A stretch of DNA of 23,307 nt, filler included, from Malassezia furfur (lineage: Eukaryota), in the NCBI GenBank assembly GCA_052055015.1. It is 21 parts of 21 records of this genome, joined end to end, with 100 filler letters (N's around TTAATTAATTAA, not from the genome) between each part and the next. Parts side by side here need not be neighbours in the genome. Positions count along the whole stretch, not along the records: positions 17,897 to 18,901 come from JBQJIT010001340.1; positions 19,002 to 20,004 come from JBQJIT010001341.1; positions 20,105 to 21,106 come from JBQJIT010001342.1; positions 21,207 to 22,207 come from JBQJIT010001343.1; positions 22,308 to 23,307 come from JBQJIT010001344.1; 16 more parts are not named here. One strand, 5' to 3'. The position numbers and the translations under genes were made by a program. Of the stretch, positions 17,899 through 23,307 are shown one piece after another (position 1 is the first letter of the stretch; every line of letters begins with the position of its first letter). The notes under the pieces are model-generated. The model had not been told where the DNA came from and did not search any database. It saw only the letters and a program-made list of their open reading frames with translations.

Positions 17899-18900
17899 CT
17901 CGCCGTCGGCGTCGCCCGCACCCTGGCGTGCGGCGGGTGGGTGTACATCACCTCGACAGACCACGCGCTCGTGCACGACGTGGCCATGGGGCTGTACCTC
18001 GGCCTGACGCCGCTGTGGATGGCGCTGTGTGCCGTGTCGCTCGCGCCGGGGCCGCAGTCGCCGCACGCCGCGGCGCACCGCACCGCGCAGCGCGTGCGCG
18101 CGGTGGCCGCGGCCGCGTTCTACGCGTGCACGCCGTGCATGGTGTACCTGTACCTGCAGCACCGCCGGCACCGCGTGCCGGGGGCGTACTCGCGCTATGC
18201 GCTGTTCGAGTGGGGCCTGGTCGTGTGCGACCTGGCGTACGATGCGGCGAGCGCGTGGGATTTGGGCCGGTTTACGATCCGCGTCGAGTACGCCGACACC
18301 AAGCGTGTGGCGGCGCCCGCCGAGGCGCGCGCACGGAGCGAAGCGGTACGCGAGCCGTCGCTGCTCTTCTGGGTCGCGTCCCAGGTGTACCTAGCGTTCA
18401 CGGCGTGGTCGTGCGTGACGTGCCTCGTCTCGCTCGTCTTCTATTTTAGTGTTTCCAACATGGGTGCCGAGGGCCATGAGCTGCCGGTGCTCGCGCCGGT
18501 CGGGGGCCTGCTCGTAGCGAGCGTGCCGCCCGTGCGTCGCTGGGTGGCGACGCAGCGCGAGGGCGCCGTAGCCGTGCGCCCGCTGGCGCCGCGCGCCCAG
18601 GCGGCGCTGTGGGCCGCGAGCTGGGCGACGATCGCGTCGTATGCGGTCGCGAGCCCGCTCGTGCGCCTCGTGACCGCGGCGGCGTGTGCGGCGCTCGTGG
18701 CGGTGCTGAGCGCGCTCGAGTGGGCCGCGGCATGGGAGGCCGGGCGCCTCGACGAGGCGTGTGCCACCTGGCTCACGGGGTGGGTCGCGCTGCTCGTCGC
18801 GCGGTACGCGAACCACGCCAACGTGCCGGTGTGGCCGTTCCTCGACGCGAGCAACGGCGGGCACCACCTCGCGGCGCTCGTGCTCGGCGCCGCGAGCCTC
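17899..18900 (+). CDS. CWH43: GPI lipid-remodelling protein Cwh43 (Frag1/PGAP2-like region onward), internal fragment
   Basis: RTLACGGWVYITSTDH..HDVAM..Y, QH..HRVPGAYS.YA.FEW, and YANHANVPVWP...SNGG. Confidence 0.9.
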
Positions 18901-19002
18901 GNNNNNNNNNNNNNNNNNNNNNNNNNNNNNNNNNNNNNNNNNNNNTTAATTAATTAANNNNNNNNNNNNNNNNNNNNNNNNNNNNNNNNNNNNNNNNNNN
19001 NA

Positions 19003-19953
19003 CGACTCGGCCTCGTTCAGCGGCTCGGTGCACGGGCGCAGCGAGATCACCGGCTCCGTCGTGGGGTCGACGGTGCGCGGCATGAACGTGTCCGGCGCAT
19101 CGCTGCCGCTCACGGCGTACGGCGCGGCGCGCTGCGTCATGAGCCGCACCGAAATCACATAGATCGGCACCGTACACGCCACCGTCAGCACCGACCACGC
19201 CACGACCAGCGCCACACGCACCGCCGTCACCTGCGCGACGCGCTCCGGCGCACCCAGCAGCACCTGCGCCCAGTCGGTGCGGTAGGAGGTCATCACCACC
19301 GACGGCGTCATTTGGAACACGTTGGTGAGCAGATCGCGCACGAGCATCGACGCAAACACGCCGGGCAGCGCATACAGCCGCCACGGCTGCGCAAGCTCCT
19401 CGCGCGTCAGCACCGCCTTGACGGCGCGGCGCGGCTCGAACCAGTTGAGACGGTGTGGGTACACCATCGTCCGCAGCAGCACCACTTCGAGCGGCAGCGT
19501 GAGCAGCACCGGGCCGACCCACGACACCACCAGGAACGCCGCGTACAGCCACCCGGCGGCCGCGGGCGCGACGTGCACATGCGACGAGAGCAGCACAATG
19601 CCCACAATCACCGCCAGGCTTACGACCGCCAGCAGGTAGTTCATCGCGATCGCGAGCGTCGTGCCTTGGTACAGCCCACGCCACCCCTCCATCTTGCGCG
19701 TGCGCGAGATCATCGCAAACACGCCGGGCACGTCGGGGCCGAGTTTCGGCGTCGTGGCGTCGTCGCCGTCGCCGTCGCCACCGAGCGCCACGCCCTTGGG
19801 GCGGTAGTTGGCACACTGGCGCACATAGCCCATCCACAGCCAGAACGACGTCAACACAGAGATCGACGCATTCGCCAGGAGCAGCGCAAGCACCACAACC
19901 ACGAAGCCCACGACCTTGGCGGCGCGGATCGCCGCGTACTTGAGACTGCGCAT
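19003..19953 (-). CDS. Degenerate mitochondrial-carrier-like membrane protein, paralogue B, 3'-partial
   Basis: ANYRPKGVAL, MISRTRKMEGWRGLYQGTT and PLEVVLLRTMVYPHRLNWF.PR...EL.QPWRLY.LPG are colinear with 2272-3114. Pyrimidine-rich leader at 19954-20004. Confidence 0.7.
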
Positions 19954-20105
19954 CGCGGGAGTGGAGAAGAGTGGAGGGGCACGGACCGTGTAAAGAGGGG
20001 GGGTNNNNNNNNNNNNNNNNNNNNNNNNNNNNNNNNNNNNNNNNNNNNTTAATTAATTAANNNNNNNNNNNNNNNNNNNNNNNNNNNNNNNNNNNNNNNN
20101 NNNNG

Positions 20106-21104
20106 CTCCAGCGCCTGGATCGCCTTTTCCTCGTGCTCGTTCATCGCCTGCGACTCGCCCAGGCGCTGCCACGCGCGGCTCCGCTCCGCATCCGTGCGCT
20201 GGATCTCGTCCGCATGCTGCGGCGCCGCATCGCGCTGCGTCGCCACTTCAAACAGGAGCGCCGCATCCGTCAGGCTCCCATTGTGCTCCAGCAGCCGCAC
20301 GCCCTCGGCAAACGGCGCAGGGTGGTCCACGTACGGGTTCGCGGGCGCATACGTGTACTCGCCGAGCACCGGGAAACCGGCCTCATCCACGTCGTTGAGC
20401 ATCGGCCGCAGCCGCTCTTCGGCCTCGCCCAGCCCGTCCGTCTCGTTCAGGCCCAGCGCGCCGGGGCCCAGCCCGCCGCCCGGGTGCGTCGACTGCGACG
20501 GGTCCTCCTCGGCGATCGCCTGCATCAGCTGCTCCTCCCACTTCGCCAAATCGTCGTTCGTCTTGTGCACGCTGGGGTCCTTGAGCGCATTCCACAGCTC
20601 CTCGAACCGCGGATTCGCATCACGGAACGTCGTGCCCAGCCGGTCCTCAAACTCACGCAGCTTCGCCTGCTCCGCGGCCTCATCCTCGGCCGTCTGCGGC
20701 GCCTCGGCGGGCGCCGCATCGGCCGTCGACGCCTCGGCCTCCTTGCCCTTGCCCTTGGCCTGCGTGCGCTCCTCAAGCCGGCGGAACTGCTCCTCCCACT
20801 GCGCGTCGTCCAGCTCCACAAAGCGCTCCGGCCGCGCCTCGCTCGTCGGCGCACGCATGCCTATGCCCATGCCCATACCCATGCCCATCGGCATGCCCAT
20901 GCCCATGCCCATCGGCATGCGGTGCATCGGCGCACCCTGCGCCGCGCGCTCACGCGCATGCGGCGCCGCCGACGTGGCGCCGGGAGGTGCGTGCGCACCA
21001 CGCGCGGCAAACTGCTCGCTCCACGCGTGCGACGGCGCAGCGTGCTGCGGCGCCGACGCCGCCGACGCCGCCGCCGGCCGCTGCATTTCGTGCGCCCACG
21101 CGGA
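20106..21104 (-). CDS. PEX5: Peroxisomal PTS1 receptor Pex5: WxxxF region and start of TPR domain, internal fragment
   Basis: WSEQF and WEEQF motifs, Y.Y...NPY, GSL.DAALLFE.A.Q and AWQRLGE.QAMNE.E.KAI.ALE. Confidence 0.9.
20856..20918 (-). repeat. Coding hexanucleotide repeat (ATGGGC)n giving MPMGMGMGMPMGMGMGMGIGM
   Basis: GCCCAT units on the + strand. Confidence 0.85.
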
Positions 21105-21257
21105 CGNNNNNNNNNNNNNNNNNNNNNNNNNNNNNNNNNNNNNNNNNNNNTTAATTAATTAANNNNNNNNNNNNNNNNNNNNNNNNNNNNNNNNNNNNNN
21201 NNNNNNCGCCCGGGCGCCGCATCACGTGCCGCAACGCGTGCCGGCGTCGCGACCACC

Positions 21258-22205
21258 ATGGACCGTGGGCAGCGTACGCGTGCGTACGTGCCGTACGGCG
21301 GCGCGCCCTCGCCGGCGCCCGCGCGGCCCGTGGCGCCGCATGTGCATGCGGGCACGTCGGCGGGTCCGATGGCGCCCAACAACGTCGGGTGGGTGCTCGG
21401 CACCACCAACGAGCCGATGCTGCCCCAGGCGCCGATCGCGCGCGCACAGGCGATGTACTCGACGTACGCGAGCCAGATGCGCGCGGGCACCACGACGCTC
21501 ATGCAGCCGATCCTGCGCAACGCCAACGACGATGCGCTCGAGCGCGGCGAGCGCGGCGACCACCGCGGGCGCTACGCCCGGGCGGTGTACTACGGCGAAG
21601 ACGCGACGGACGACGACGACGACCTCGATTCGAACGACGAAGAGTACGGCGCGTCGCGGCGCAAGCGCCAGAGCGTCGCGAGCGACGCGCGCGCGACCGA
21701 CAGCCCCGACACACACGGCCCGGGCGACGTCGAGGGCGAGTCGGAGCTGCGGCCGCCGGGCAGCCAACTCGGCGTGCCGGTGCCGCGCAACCGGCTCGTG
21801 GTGCGCCCTGCGCGGCGCACGCCGCACGCCTACTTCTCCGACGCACAGCTCACACAGCACGCGAGCAACACCGAGGTGCTGGTGCCGATCCGCATCGAGT
21901 TCCACACCGACACCCACCGCATCAAGGACGTGTTTCTGTGGAACTTGCACGAGCGGCTCATTACGCCGTATCAGTTTGCGCAGATCTTCCTGCAGGACCT
22001 CGCGCTGCCGCTCACGCCGTACGCGGTGCAGATCGAGAGCCTGATCATCCAGCAGCTCGCCGATGCGATGCCGCTCCTCGACGACGCCGACACCGACGGG
22101 CTGGGGCGCATCATCGATATGAAGGCCTCCTCGCGCGAGCGCAAGCGCGCCGAGGCCGAGGCCGAGGCGCAGCGCCGGCGCATCGCCGCCGCGTCCGCCC
22201 AGCCG
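21258..22205 (+). CDS. SFH1: RSC subunit Sfh1 (SNF5/SMARCB1 family), 3'-partial
   Basis: QAMYSTYASQMRAGTTTLMQP (Sfh1-type N-terminal motif) and SNF5 repeat 1 LVPIRIEF...RIKDVFLWNLHE.LITP.QFA.IF..DL. Confidence 0.85.
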
Positions 22206-22309
22206 GGNNNNNNNNNNNNNNNNNNNNNNNNNNNNNNNNNNNNNNNNNNNNTTAATTAATTAANNNNNNNNNNNNNNNNNNNNNNNNNNNNNNNNNNNNN
22301 NNNNNNNGC

Positions 22310-23305
22310 GACGCTCTGGTACGAGCGCAGAAAGTTGCTCGTCTCGTGCGTCGGCGGAGCGATCGGCGTGTGCTCGGCGTCGCGCGGCGAGGCGTGCGCG
22401 GCGGCCGCGGGCGGCGCGCCGGTGTCGTGCGTGCTGAGCGCCTCGATGCACGCCTCGAGGCACGGCGCGTGCGCCGCGCTCTTTTCCTCGACGACGTCCA
22501 CGACGACCGACTGGAGCTCGGCGCGCGTCTTGAACGGGATCGTCGGGTTGCGCTCGACCTCGACGGCGGGCGGGCGGTGCGGGTACTGCAGCGGGAATGT
22601 GAACACGATGCGCAGGTACGCCAGTGCATGGTCCTGCTCGCCCCACGGCCCGCTGATCAGCAGCGTGCACCGGCGGTGCGCGACATCGATCGCCTCGAAC
22701 ACGTTGGGGAAGCGGCGGCTGACGCGCATGATCTCGTCGGGCAGCACGCCGTAGTCGGGGGTATTGGGCGGCGCGGCCGCCGACGGCGCTGCCTCGTCGC
22801 CGCCCTCGTCGCCACGCTCGATCTGCACGCGCGTGAGCCAGTTGACGGGGTCATGGAAGGCGTCCATAAACTCGTCCTTGTCCTGGTAGCGCATCTGCGG
22901 GCCGGCGTCCTGCGTGCTGCGCCGCTGCAGCCCACCGACCGGCGGCGAGTAGCCCTCCAGCACGGGGCGGTGCCGGATGCTGGCGCGCGGTCGGTTCGGC
23001 AGCGAGCACGGATTCGCGCCGACATGGCGCTCGGGCAGCGAGCGCGCGACGTCGCTCGCGGCGCGGCGCGGCGACGCGTTGCTGCTCGCAAACGAGCCCT
23101 GCGACGGCGAGGTGAGCCACGCGTCGGGGCGCACGCGCCGCGGCTCCTGGATGCGGATGCCCTCGTGCGTCTCGGCCTCGGCCGTGCGCGGCGTCGGGGC
23201 GGCCACCGTGTGGAAGGGCGCGCCGGGGACGTGGCCCACGGCATCGAGCACGTCGTCGGTGATGGGCCACATGCGCAGCGTCTGGTCCTTGCTCCAGGTG
23301 AGCAG
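22310..23305 (-). CDS. MTC5: SEA/GATOR2 subunit Mtc5/Sea3/WDR59: last WD40 repeat plus RWD domain, internal fragment
   Basis: LLTWSKDQTLRMWPI followed by the RWD-like C...ISGPWG...YLRIVFTFPLQYP..PP segment and CLEACI. Confidence 0.8.
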
Positions 23306-23307
23306 CT

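Noticed and set aside
11242..22205. Apparent pairing of chromatin-remodelling subunits (GLTSCR1-domain protein and SFH1)
   Set aside because: Different contigs; proximity is an artefact of concatenation.
1081..22263. TTAATTAATTAA recurring about every 1.1 kb, resembling a repeat array, CRISPR or cassette system
   Set aside because: Always centred in exactly 44+44 N; a synthetic six-frame stop linker. ORF ends reading X...LIN or X...N are artefacts.
237..23270. Many long overlapping or antisense Arg/Ala/Pro-rich ORFs in the ORF track
   Set aside because: Expected shadow ORFs in very GC-rich coding DNA where stops are rare; no motifs, and many use GTG/TTG starts.
1..23307. tRNA, rRNA, transposons, prokaryotic operons or defence systems
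   Set aside because: None recognisable by eye; all identifiable content is fungal nuclear genes.

Overview
This window is not a contiguous locus. It is the tail of an artificial pseudomolecule: 21 short contigs, sorted by length from 1036 down to exactly 1000 bp, each joined by a 100-bp linker (N44-TTAATTAATTAA-N44, stop codons in all six frames). The DNA is very GC-rich, gene-dense, intron-poor and eukaryotic. Protein content and tiny introns point to a basidiomycete yeast, most likely Malassezia (inference). Recognisable, mostly partial genes: Tos4-like FHA protein, Seb1/Nrd1-like CID protein, SRP9/Srp21, DBP7, a siderophore-iron MFS transporter, Nup188-like, a GLTSCR1-domain protein, a DHR2/DHX33-like helicase, a Ulp2-like SUMO protease, a RhoGEF, an Old Yellow Enzyme, PNC1 (complete), GRC3, CWH43, PEX5, SFH1, MTC5/WDR59, and several low-complexity proteins. 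Adjacency across linkers is meaningless, so I see no credible multi-gene system spanning contigs. The best within-contig signals are: (i) five ultra-short spliceosomal introns (23, 23, 27, 28, 33 nt) with the branch point almost fused to the 3' splice site; (ii) a tandem array of degenerate mitochondrial-carrier-like paralogues, partly missed by the ORF track; (iii) extreme gene packing (stop codons overlapping in CTAG, a 6-bp convergent gap, a 67-bp divergent gap); (iv) an in-frame TAG inside a Tyr-rich ORF; (v) an ATCAGATAG iron-GATA-type motif before the siderophore transporter and recurrent CACGTG boxes in promoters. All gene calls rest on motif recognition, without database searches.
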